From IMG/VR virus record IMGVR_UViG_3300032167_000010: DNA of 64,000 nucleotides; one strand, given 5' to 3'. This document shows positions 47,963 through 56,455 of this stretch, one piece after another (the stretch's first letter is position 1; every line of letters starts with the position of its first letter). The DNA comes from a virus. Taxonomy: Duplodnaviria > Heunggongvirae > Uroviricota > Caudoviricetes. A program made the translations under genes and the position numbers. Under the pieces are notes generated by a model, which saw only the letters and a list, made by a program, of their open reading frames with translations, searched no databases and was not told where the DNA came from.

Positions 47963-47979
47963 ATTTTCTTATAATAGCG

Positions 47980-47988
47980 TTGTATAAT
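47980..47988 (+). promoter_or_regulatory. Middle-type promoter TTGTATAAT
   Basis: Recurrent motif. Confidence 0.45.
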
Positions 47989-48020
47989 ATACTAAAGTAA
48001 TTTTAAGAGAGGTACTAATT

Positions 48021-48425
48021 ATGAGTATGTACAATATGATGAACGGCTTTAATCCAGCATGTGTACTTATTATGCCTATGCTTGGAAAAAAGCAAAATGA
48101 ATGGCCAAGATTTAGAGACTGTTTTGTGACCGATGATAACAACATTGCTATCTATACAAGAGTAGGCGGAGGTAATAGAAACTCTGGCTACGGAGAAGAA
48201 GAACTTTATAAAGATGAAAACTTTATTAGAACTTATGATGATGAAGACGATACTACTTACGGAACTTATGAGTTTAAGGTACCTGAAAAGTGGAAGGCAG
48301 ACTTCGATGCAATTATCTCCGGCGATATGTCAAAAGTATCAGATGAATATATCTCTTACTTAAAAGAGTTCTTCCCGACTTTAAATGAGAAAGGTTTCTT
48401 TGATAATGTCTTTAAGAAAGATTAA
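48021..48425 (+). CDS. Hypothetical protein
   Basis: SD GAGAGG; IYTRVGGGNR. Confidence 0.75.
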   Translation: MSMYNMMNGFNPACVLIMPMLGKKQNEWPRFRDCFVTDDNNIAIYTRVGGGNRNSGYGEEELYKDENFIRTYDDEDDTTYGTYEFKVPEKWKADFDAIISGDMSKVSDEYISYLKEFFPTLNEKGFFDNVFKKD

Positions 48426-48457
48426 TTTATATAAAGATATAGAGGAGAAACAAAATA

Positions 48458-48661
48458 ATGTTAAAGCTAGCGGATATAAAAGTAGTAGGAATTCCGTTTA
48501 TAAATAGTGATTGGAAAATGGAAACTACTTGTCCAGCCTGTGGAGAAACAATAGAATTTAGTGGGCGAGTAGATAAACAAACTGAGAGAATGATTACGGA
48601 TACTAAGTTCTGTAAATTCTGCGGACAAAAAATAGATTGGGATGTAAAACATTTATTATAA
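48458..48661 (+). CDS. Small zinc-ribbon protein
   Basis: CPACG...CKFCG. Confidence 0.7.
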   Translation: MLKLADIKVVGIPFINSDWKMETTCPACGETIEFSGRVDKQTERMITDTKFCKFCGQKIDWDVKHLL

Positions 48662-48671
48662 AATATATATA

Positions 48672-48706
48672 AAGAACTTAGATATGAAAAATATTTAAGT
48701 TCTTTT
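48672..48706 (+). terminator. AAGAAC...GTTCTT family terminator
   Basis: Stem plus T-run. Confidence 0.75.
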
Positions 48707-48725
48707 TATTTTTAGCTCGTGCTCA

Positions 48726-48734
48726 TTGTATTAT
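48726..48734 (+). promoter_or_regulatory. Middle-type promoter TTGTATTAT
   Basis: Recurrent motif. Confidence 0.4.
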
Positions 48735-48762
48735 ATATTACAAATACAAGGAGACTATACTT

Positions 48763-49110
48763 ATGGAAGAGAATAAAGAAAAGCAGATTGAAGAAATGGC
48801 GAGAAAACTCAATACTTATATGTATCCCAGAAGGTTGAGTTGTTTAGAAGATTGCAAAGATATAGTTAAATTTATATTAGAAGATAGAGTTGTGCTTTCA
48901 AGTAAGCAATGTGCCGAAATAATTCAAGATAATTACAACATAGGCTATGAAAGAGGTAGCAAGGAAACGGTAGAGAAGTATAAAGTAGCAATGATGCTTT
49001 CTATACAAGAAATGCAAAAATACTTAGAACTCGATGAAGAGCAGGCGAAAATCTTATATCATCATAATAGCGAAATTGCAAAACAATTTGGAGATATGAT
49101 AAAGGAGTAG
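48763..49110 (+). CDS. Hypothetical protein
   Basis: SD AGGAG. Confidence 0.7.
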   Translation: MEENKEKQIEEMARKLNTYMYPRRLSCLEDCKDIVKFILEDRVVLSSKQCAEIIQDNYNIGYERGSKETVEKYKVAMMLSIQEMQKYLELDEEQAKILYHHNSEIAKQFGDMIKE

Positions 49111-49113
49111 AAC

Positions 49114-49644
49114 ATGATAATTTGTTTAATTGGTTTAGGAATAATAATTTTAGGTTTATTATTTTATCTGTTTGTTTTATTGGCAGAAAAGAAATATAGA
49201 ATATATAGAAACAAAATATGGGAATTAGAGCAAGATATCAACACAGAAAAAGAGACCATATTAACTCATAATAATTTAGAATTTTATGGAAAGAAAAAAG
49301 ATTTTTGGTCAAAGTTTGCTGACTTTAAAGATTTCAATAACCTAGGCGCTTCTTTTGGCTTAAGTACTGCTGTTATTATAGCAATTATCTTTTTAATCTT
49401 TACCGGCTTTAAGTCTGAAGGTAAAAAAGACTATGAAGAATATTTATTAGTAAAAGAAACTATTGAATATTGTATAGACAATGATATAGCATTAGATAAC
49501 TCTATGCTAGAAAGAAGTATAAAATTAAATAAAGAAATAAGATTACATAAAGAACAAAAACAAAATCCTTGGTTAAGCTGGTTTGTATATAATGATATTT
49601 GTGAAATAGAAGAAATTAATCTTGATTTGTTTTTAAGTAAGTAA
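49114..49644 (+). CDS. Membrane protein (two predicted TM helices)
   Basis: Hydrophobic N-terminus and a central hydrophobic segment. Confidence 0.7.
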   Translation: MIICLIGLGIIILGLLFYLFVLLAEKKYRIYRNKIWELEQDINTEKETILTHNNLEFYGKKKDFWSKFADFKDFNNLGASFGLSTAVIIAIIFLIFTGFKSEGKKDYEEYLLVKETIEYCIDNDIALDNSMLERSIKLNKEIRLHKEQKQNPWLSWFVYNDICEIEEINLDLFLSK

Positions 49645-49697
49645 TATGGAATATATTATAAATTAAATATATAAAATACATAATAAGTAAATAGATA

Positions 49698-49726
49698 AGG
49701 AGTCGGATTAACTTCCGGCTTCTTTT
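49698..49726 (+). terminator. Intrinsic terminator
   Basis: AGGAGTCGGA/TCCGGCTTCT plus T-run. Confidence 0.65.
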
Positions 49727-49767
49727 ACTATTAGTTTAATAAAATAATAAATAGTTAAAATATTTAC

Positions 49768-49776
49768 GCTAAATTA
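49768..49776 (+). promoter_or_regulatory. Late-type promoter GCTAAATTA
   Basis: Exact motif. Confidence 0.65.
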
Positions 49777-49877
49777 ATTGAATGGGAAAATGAACTGGGA
49801 TAGTTAGACTCAATTTTAAAAATGACTTGCTTCTAGGTAGTTCTTAGAAGCTTTATTTATATAAGGAGTAAATAATA

Positions 49878-50660
49878 ATGAGAAGGCTTTATGAATGGAA
49901 GTATATGAATCCGCCTAATAACAATACGACTAATACTCAAACAAATAATTCTTCTACTAGGAATTATCCAGACCAGACAGCTAATTATAAAAAACTTCTT
50001 GCGCAGATTGATTCAGATAAAAAATATAAATATCACATTATGCTATTTACAGATAGAATCATTTCTTTAGACTTAAGTCCTAACTGCAGTCTGATGATAA
50101 AAATAGTTTTTAAACCCTATGTTCCTAATTACTTTGTGGAGATAGCTGGTAAAGATTATTACTGTAAGGACTACAGCGAAGTTCTTGACTTATTAGTAAG
50201 TAAGGGAATTATAAAAGATAAAAGTTTATATACGGCTTCTTCTTTAACCGAAGAACTTAGAGTTCCTTCTAAACTATATCACGCGACCTACAGACAGTTC
50301 TTAAACTCTATAAAGAAAAAAGGTTTAGGAAATACTAAAAGAAAGATGTGGAGCGATTCTAAGCCAGGAGTTGTCTATCTAGCTGATGATCCTTGGGTGG
50401 CGGAAAGTTATGCAGAGGAATCCGAATATATAGATTCTGTAGAAGACCCGGATGATTATTTAGATAATATAATTATTCTTGAGGTAGATGTTTCTAACCT
50501 AGATTCTTCTAAGTTATATATAGATGAAAATGTTATTCTAGACGACGGCGAACTAAATTCTACTTGGGAGTATCACGGAGTTATTCCTTGGGAAGTAATT
50601 AAAATTTTTAATTCTTCTATAGCGGAGGACTTCGAAGTTTATAATAATTTATGGAAATAA
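49878..50660 (+). CDS. ADP-ribosyltransferase-fold protein (Tpt1/KptA or HYE-like)
   Basis: LYHAT...SI...GL, VYLA, ILEVD and WEYHGVIP. Confidence 0.7.
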   Translation: MRRLYEWKYMNPPNNNTTNTQTNNSSTRNYPDQTANYKKLLAQIDSDKKYKYHIMLFTDRIISLDLSPNCSLMIKIVFKPYVPNYFVEIAGKDYYCKDYSEVLDLLVSKGIIKDKSLYTASSLTEELRVPSKLYHATYRQFLNSIKKKGLGNTKRKMWSDSKPGVVYLADDPWVAESYAEESEYIDSVEDPDDYLDNIIILEVDVSNLDSSKLYIDENVILDDGELNSTWEYHGVIPWEVIKIFNSSIAEDFEVYNNLWK

Positions 50661-50665
50661 AATAG

Positions 50666-50692
50666 AGGTCCCGATTTTTCGGAGGCCTTTTT
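50666..50692 (+). terminator. Intrinsic terminator
   Basis: AGGTC-CCGA/TCGG-A-GGCCT plus T-run. Confidence 0.65.
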
Positions 50693-50699
50693 CTTTTGC

Positions 50700-51420
50700 A
50701 ATTTATTATTAAGCTTTTAATTAGCCCTACGAGGCACGAAGACCTTCCGATGGAGAAATGGACTGGTTAAATATTAAAGTGTCCCAGAACTTAAATTTGG
50801 GGTCCTGATGAAGTTTTAACAACGTCCTTCACATGTATGTACATCAACGTACCCACACATGATGCCATAATAAGCCCATAAATTGATTTTAAGCCTCCTG
50901 CTTATATAAATTACCTAATTAATAATTAAAGCGTCTTAAAACTGAAATATGAAGCCCAGAATTGGTTTTAGAAGTACTTCTCCTATATATGTTTTTGAAA
51001 CTCCCGAAATTTTTAATTTTTTATTAATAAATTATTAATCTATTAAATTATTAAATTAATAGCCCCGCTTTATAAATAAAGTAAAATTTTCTAAAAAATT
51101 TTTTAATAATTTATTAAATTACTAAAGTATATACTGTATAATATTATTAGGAATCTAAATTATTAAATTTCTATATAAGACTGAGGCTTTGCCGAAGTCT
51201 ATAGACAGCTTGTCTGTCTATGCGCTTGCGCAATATCTAAAAAAATTTTTTAGTCTTAAATAAATATATAAATATATATATTAATAAAAAAAATATAATA
51301 TAAATATTTATATATAATATATATATTAGATCTAGAGGCGCGTGCGCATGCGCACATGTGAGCGCGCGTGCAAATATTTTTTAAAAAATTTTCAAAAAAT
51401 CAGAATTTTAAGTTAGGAGC
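50700..51420. other. Origin-like non-coding region
   Basis: About 720 bp without an ORF; very AT-rich tracts, tandem hairpins and an alternating purine-pyrimidine palindrome. Confidence 0.4.
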
Positions 51421-51429
51421 TATAATTTT

Positions 51430-51735
51430 ATGACCAACCAACCCCGTAAAACACAAATTATTAAATGTCCTCATTGTGGAGCAGAATATCTCCCAGGAGA
51501 GCTTTATATGCCAGGTTCCCTTATTGGACAACCAGACGAAGTAGTCAAAGACTCTTTAGGTAGAATTATCTATGAAGATTATTACAAAGAAACTAGAGAA
51601 CCTGATATGATAGAGCATTTTATCTGTAATTACTGTGACAAACCTTTCGTAATCGAAGCTACAGTTACATATAAAACTAGAGAAGAAGCTCCAGAAAGGG
51701 ATTTTAAGAACCAATATGTATCACTTTTAGACTAA
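51430..51735 (+). CDS. Zinc-ribbon protein
   Basis: CPHCG...CNYC. Confidence 0.75.
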   Translation: MTNQPRKTQIIKCPHCGAEYLPGELYMPGSLIGQPDEVVKDSLGRIIYEDYYKETREPDMIEHFICNYCDKPFVIEATVTYKTREEAPERDFKNQYVSLLD

Positions 51736-51969
51736 TTTTACATTTTTCTAGCTCAAATTTAGCCATTTTTTACACTTTTTCTAACTTTTTAGCTAAATTT
51801 GAGCATTTTCTTACGCGCGCGCACGTATATAATGCGCGAAACTTCCGAAATTACCGAAATCTCGATTATTATATTTTTTACTTAATCGTAATTGATCGGA
51901 TTTCGTCCGTAACTCCGACAATTTCGGTAATTTTATTTATTTCATTCCGTAACTTAGGAGATTTCATTA

Positions 51970-53697
51970 ATGATTAGAATATTTGAGATCTCGCCGGGAA
52001 AAAAGATATCAGGACTTAGCTCACTTCTCGTGGACTTTGATTATAATCAGTATATAGTAGATGCAATTAAAACTATTCCAACTTCCTACTACCATAAGAA
52101 AGATAAAGTCTGGGAGCTACCTGTATGTTATTTAGGAAGATTATTAGATAGTCTTACTTTCTTAGATGACATACAATTAAGATTACTTGATACTCCGAAA
52201 TCAGGCGAGTTTCGTTTTAATAAAAAATTTAATTTAGAACCACTTTCCGAAATTGAGAAAGTTTCGTTCAAGATGAAACCTTTTGAACATCAGTTCGAGG
52301 CAATTAACTTCGGGTTAGATAAAGAGAAGTGGCTTCTTCTAGATTCGATGGGTCTTGGAAAGACTAACTCTATTATCTGGTTAGCCGAGACCTTAAAGAG
52401 AAGAGGGATAATTGATCACTGTTTCATTATCTGTGGGGTTAATTCCCTTAAGCAAAACTGGAAGAAGGAAATTCAGAAGTTTTCGACCGAGTCGGCAGTA
52501 GTCCTAGGGGAATATACTACTAGAACCGGAACCGTTCGTTATCGTTCTATGGATAAGAGAGCCGAACAACTAAAGAATCCAATTGAAGAGTTCTTCGTTA
52601 TCACTAACTTAGAAAGTCTCAGGGATGACAGGATTATAGAAGCTTTCAATACTTCGAGTAATAAGTTTGGTATGATTGCTTTCGACGAAGCACATAAGGC
52701 AGCAACTAAAACTTCTCAACAAGGAACTAACTTACTTAAGCTAGAAGCTCCATTTAAGATTGCCGCTACGGGAACTCTGATTACCAACAATCCTCTTTCT
52801 GCTTACGTTCCACTTTCTTGGACTAATAATGATCCGGCTATTCTTTCTACTTATAAATCTCAGTACTGTAATTTCGGAGGTTTCAAAAATAACCAAGTAA
52901 TTGGATTTAAGAATCTAGATGTTTTACAAGAAGAGATTAAATCTTGTTCACTAAGAAGAACTCTAGATCAAGTAAGATCTGATATGCCACCGAAAACAGT
53001 AACGCTGGAACTCCTAGAACCTGACGATGACCAACGTAAGTTTTACGATGCTATTAAAGAAGGTGTCAAAGAAGAAGCTGATAAGATTGAGCTTAAGACC
53101 TCTAGTTTACTTGCTCTTACTACTAGACTGCGTCAAGCTTCTGCCTGTCCGAGTTTATTAACAACTCAGAAGGTAAGTAACTGTAAGATTGATAGATGTG
53201 TTGAGTTGATTCAAGAGCTTACCTCCCAAGGGGAAAAAGTTGTAGTGCTCTCAGTATTCAAAGAAACTCTAAATGAACTAGCAGCGAAACTCGGAGAATT
53301 TCGTTTTAGTATAAATACCGGAGATATTCCAGATCCTGTAGTAGCTAATAACGTATCTAGATTCCAAGATGACCCAAGAGAACAGGTGTTTGCCGGTACT
53401 TGGGGAAAAGTCGGAACTGGCTGGACCTTAAATTCTGCATCTTACTTAATCTGTCTAGATACTCCTTATACCGCAGCGATGTTTGATCAGGGAACTGATA
53501 GAATCTGGAGAGTAAATAATACTAGACCGGCTTTCATCACCGTTCTCATGTGTAAAGATACGATAGATGAAAGAGTTCAACAGATTATTGAAACTAAAAA
53601 AGAACTTGGAGAGTACTTAGTAGATGGAGTCGAATTTAATAACAACAATAACACAAGACTCGACGACGAACTCAGAGCGATCCTTAGAGATCTCTAA
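51970..53697 (+). CDS. SNF2-family (SF2) helicase/translocase
   Basis: DSMGLGKT, FDEAH, ATGT, TRLRQAS, GTGWTL and QGTDRIWR; HARP-like N-terminus. Confidence 0.92.
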   Translation: MIRIFEISPGKKISGLSSLLVDFDYNQYIVDAIKTIPTSYYHKKDKVWELPVCYLGRLLDSLTFLDDIQLRLLDTPKSGEFRFNKKFNLEPLSEIEKVSFKMKPFEHQFEAINFGLDKEKWLLLDSMGLGKTNSIIWLAETLKRRGIIDHCFIICGVNSLKQNWKKEIQKFSTESAVVLGEYTTRTGTVRYRSMDKRAEQLKNPIEEFFVITNLESLRDDRIIEAFNTSSNKFGMIAFDEAHKAATKTSQQGTNLLKLEAPFKIAATGTLITNNPLSAYVPLSWTNNDPAILSTYKSQYCNFGGFKNNQVIGFKNLDVLQEEIKSCSLRRTLDQVRSDMPPKTVTLELLEPDDDQRKFYDAIKEGVKEEADKIELKTSSLLALTTRLRQASACPSLLTTQKVSNCKIDRCVELIQELTSQGEKVVVLSVFKETLNELAAKLGEFRFSINTGDIPDPVVANNVSRFQDDPREQVFAGTWGKVGTGWTLNSASYLICLDTPYTAAMFDQGTDRIWRVNNTRPAFITVLMCKDTIDERVQQIIETKKELGEYLVDGVEFNNNNNTRLDDELRAILRDL

Positions 53698-54091
53698 GCG
53701 AGCTAGACAATTAGGATTAGTCGTTAAGTACGGAGCAATCAAATATAGAGACCAAGAAGTCTTATTTCTTTCTGACCCCTCAGGACATGAGTGTTGGGCA
53801 CAGTGGAATGGCTGGCTAATTAATCTTGGATTAGATAATATCTACTATAAAGAAGATACCTGTAAGTTTATAGATAGAAAACTAGATTTAATTACCGACT
53901 TCCGAAATTGTTCGGATTTCGTTGGTGCGAAATTAGAGTATTTTCATAATGGTGATTTTAGAGATATTCGTCTGGTCTATAAAGGAAGAATCCTTAAAGT
54001 CTTTCTGGTCGCCGGAAAAGTAGACGAAACTTTTCTAATTTCGGAATCAGAAAGAATTCTTAGAACTTCTGGATTATTAGAAGTGGATTAA
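53624..54091 (+). CDS. Hypothetical protein
   Basis: Overlaps the helicase end by 74 nt; start uncertain. Confidence 0.6.
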   Translation: MESNLITTITQDSTTNSERSLEISKRARQLGLVVKYGAIKYRDQEVLFLSDPSGHECWAQWNGWLINLGLDNIYYKEDTCKFIDRKLDLITDFRNCSDFVGAKLEYFHNGDFRDIRLVYKGRILKVFLVAGKVDETFLISESERILRTSGLLEVD

Positions 54092-54093
54092 TT

Positions 54094-54102
54094 GCTAAAT
54101 TA
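54094..54102 (+). promoter_or_regulatory. Late-type promoter GCTAAATTA
   Basis: Exact motif. Confidence 0.65.
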
Positions 54103-54131
54103 TATGACTAACTTAAATTAGGAGATATAGA

Positions 54132-55655
54132 ATGATTGAATATATTTATTTTGTAAAATGTCCCAACTGTGATGATGAACCTTTTAGTTTCTTCGACGCA
54201 GCTAAAGAATTTGCCTGTGGTTGTTTAAGTCAGAAACCTATCATCACTCAGGTTGAGGTTAATAGAAACGATTTCGGTGAGTGTACAGATTCGGCAGACC
54301 TCGGTACTGTTTGGTCTTGGGAAGATATGATGTCTGACACAGAAAAAGAACATTCAGATGAACCTTCACTTCTCACTAAAGATTTTTTAAATAGTATTAA
54401 TTCTGAAAATGATCCTGAATTCGATGCGCTTGATAATTCAGTAGAAGTAGAAGATGAGGATTTCCGTTTTCTTAATGATGAAGAACTTAATGAAGCTCTT
54501 GGCTTTACATTATCTAATGATAGAGAGTCTAAAGAGATCCTTCATATGTGCGAGTTTCTTGGATTAAAAAAAGTTACTGATTTAGAAGATTTCTTGAAAA
54601 GAGAATTTGATGTTACAAAACCCCTTTCTAAATCTGAGTGTTTAGAGTTACTCTTTGATTATAGATTAAAACTCGGTGACGACTATGACGGTCCAGTAAA
54701 TGATAGTAAATTTGAGAGCTGCTCTAGAAAGCCAATACCTGAGGGAATGACTATCGAACAACTCGTAGAAGAAATGGAAGAAAATGAAGACGAAGTAGAA
54801 TGCACTTGGTGTAATGAACTTTTTCCTAAAGATCAATGTCGCTATGAAGTAGACCTCGGATATCTATGTTCTAGATGCGAAGCTGCTATTAAGTCTCGTG
54901 GCGAAACTCTTACGTTTAGAGAAAACAATTATTGGGATTTCTTAGATGAAGAAAAAGAACCGGTTAAAGAATACATAGAAAGAGACCCTTTTGATCATCA
55001 CGACTCAGACTATAGTGATGAGGAAGCAGCAGATGCTTTAGCAGACGAGATTGACAGAGCTTGGGATTCTAGATACGACACAGCTGTTGATGATTTTTTC
55101 AATGAAGATTTCGATGATCCCGTATCAGAAGATGGGAAAGAAACCGAAGAATCTCTTTTTGATGAAGCAGAATCAGTAGAAGAAGTAGTAGATATCTTAG
55201 TTAAAGACGAAGAAGCAGCTATTGCTGCTTACGAAGAAGCAGCCGATAAAATAGAAGAGCTCACATCTGACGAAGATACTGAAGAAACTCAAGAAGTTCT
55301 TGACCACATTAAAGAAGAGGAAGAAGAACATATTGAGGAGCTTGAAGAGCTTCTTACTGAAGAATCTGAAGATCAAGATACTGATACTTTAGATGAACAT
55401 GTCAATGAAGAACATCCTGCTATTGAGTCTAATCAAAAATTAGACGGCATCGACAACGCAATGGTAGACTGTGAAGTTGCAGATGTTATTGCCCACAGTG
55501 AAGATGAAAAACCTGTTGACTGTAAAGGTAAAAAGAAACCTTTAGAAAAGCCTTTAACTGAAGCTGCTGCTATGATTGATTGCCCAGAGTGCGGCGCTAA
55601 GAAAGCTTTTGACAAAGAAACAGGTGTCTGTAACAACTGTGGATTTATAATTTAA
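54132..55655 (+). CDS. Acidic protein with zinc ribbons and a ferritin-like helical hairpin
   Basis: CPNC, CTWC/CSRC and CPEC/CNNC; DEEAAIAAYE...HIKEEEEEH. Confidence 0.65.
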   Translation: MIEYIYFVKCPNCDDEPFSFFDAAKEFACGCLSQKPIITQVEVNRNDFGECTDSADLGTVWSWEDMMSDTEKEHSDEPSLLTKDFLNSINSENDPEFDALDNSVEVEDEDFRFLNDEELNEALGFTLSNDRESKEILHMCEFLGLKKVTDLEDFLKREFDVTKPLSKSECLELLFDYRLKLGDDYDGPVNDSKFESCSRKPIPEGMTIEQLVEEMEENEDEVECTWCNELFPKDQCRYEVDLGYLCSRCEAAIKSRGETLTFRENNYWDFLDEEKEPVKEYIERDPFDHHDSDYSDEEAADALADEIDRAWDSRYDTAVDDFFNEDFDDPVSEDGKETEESLFDEAESVEEVVDILVKDEEAAIAAYEEAADKIEELTSDEDTEETQEVLDHIKEEEEEHIEELEELLTEESEDQDTDTLDEHVNEEHPAIESNQKLDGIDNAMVDCEVADVIAHSEDEKPVDCKGKKKPLEKPLTEAAAMIDCPECGAKKAFDKETGVCNNCGFII

Positions 55656-55707
55656 TAAAAACCGAATAACTAATGTGTCTCAGGTTAGTAAAATTCGTTT
55701 TAATATA

Positions 55708-55716
55708 TTGTATTAT
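55708..55716 (+). promoter_or_regulatory. Middle-type promoter TTGTATTAT
   Basis: Recurrent motif. Confidence 0.4.
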
Positions 55717-55771
55717 AGATGAGAGGACTTCTGTAATACAAAAAGAAAACTAATAGGAGAGTTAATTTAAA

Positions 55772-56290
55772 ATGAAAAAAACTATGAATGACATTAAAAA
55801 AGAACAAACAACACAAACTTATTCTTATTACTCTAAAGTACTTAATAAAGTATTTGATGATGTAGACTCGCTAATGGAAGCAGAAGCTGCTTATGCTGCT
55901 GAACAAAAAGCAAAAGAAGATAAGGCAGCTCAAAAGAAAGCTGAAGCAAAAAGGGTTGAAGATGCTTTTAAAGCGCTTAACTTAGAACGTAAGATGTACA
56001 AAGAAAACATTCTTAAACTTACGGAACGTTACAGTGAAGACCTTAAAAAGCTTAGAGATTCCTTCGATGCTGATAAGAAAGAGCTCGAAGAGATTCTTGC
56101 TGACGCTGAAGCTACTTATGCTAAAGAGCTTAAAGCTTTTACAGATGCACATCCAGAAGGATATCATCTTACTTTAAAAGATGGTGATTTTGAAACTACA
56201 ATCAGTGGACAAAGTAATAAAAACTTTAAGTCAGTAAATAAAGCTGAACCTAATTTATTAAATCTTTTTGATCTTTTATTTAAGATTTAA
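55772..56290 (+). CDS. Coiled-coil hypothetical protein
   Basis: SD AGGAG; A/K/E-rich. Confidence 0.75.
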   Translation: MKKTMNDIKKEQTTQTYSYYSKVLNKVFDDVDSLMEAEAAYAAEQKAKEDKAAQKKAEAKRVEDAFKALNLERKMYKENILKLTERYSEDLKKLRDSFDADKKELEEILADAEATYAKELKAFTDAHPEGYHLTLKDGDFETTISGQSNKNFKSVNKAEPNLLNLFDLLFKI

Positions 56291-56349
56291 TTTAAAACTG
56301 TACTGAGACAATTATAAAAATTATGATTTTTTATCGTATTATATAATAT

Positions 56350-56421
56350 GAGATGAAAATCTTATACATAGGTTTTATTCCTTTGTTGGCACCTTGATAT
56401 TCCTCCTGTCAAGGTGCTTTT
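56350..56421 (+). ncRNA. Candidate small RNA or attenuated leader with anti-SD terminator loop
   Basis: Promoter motif at 56335-56347; stem GCACCTTGA/TCAAGGTGC with loop TATTCCTCCTG and T-run. Confidence 0.45.
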
Positions 56422-56455
56422 ACTTTAATTAAACCATCAAATAAGGATATTTAAT

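Noticed and set aside
50729-50737. ACGAGGCAC shared with RNA A (60111)
   Set aside because: A 9-mer only, with no complementary 3' arm found; insufficient for a third paralog.
55676-56308. TGTCTCAG/CTGAGACA inverted repeat flanking the 55772 gene
   Set aside because: Only 8 bp, with no recombinase or target duplication nearby; likely chance.
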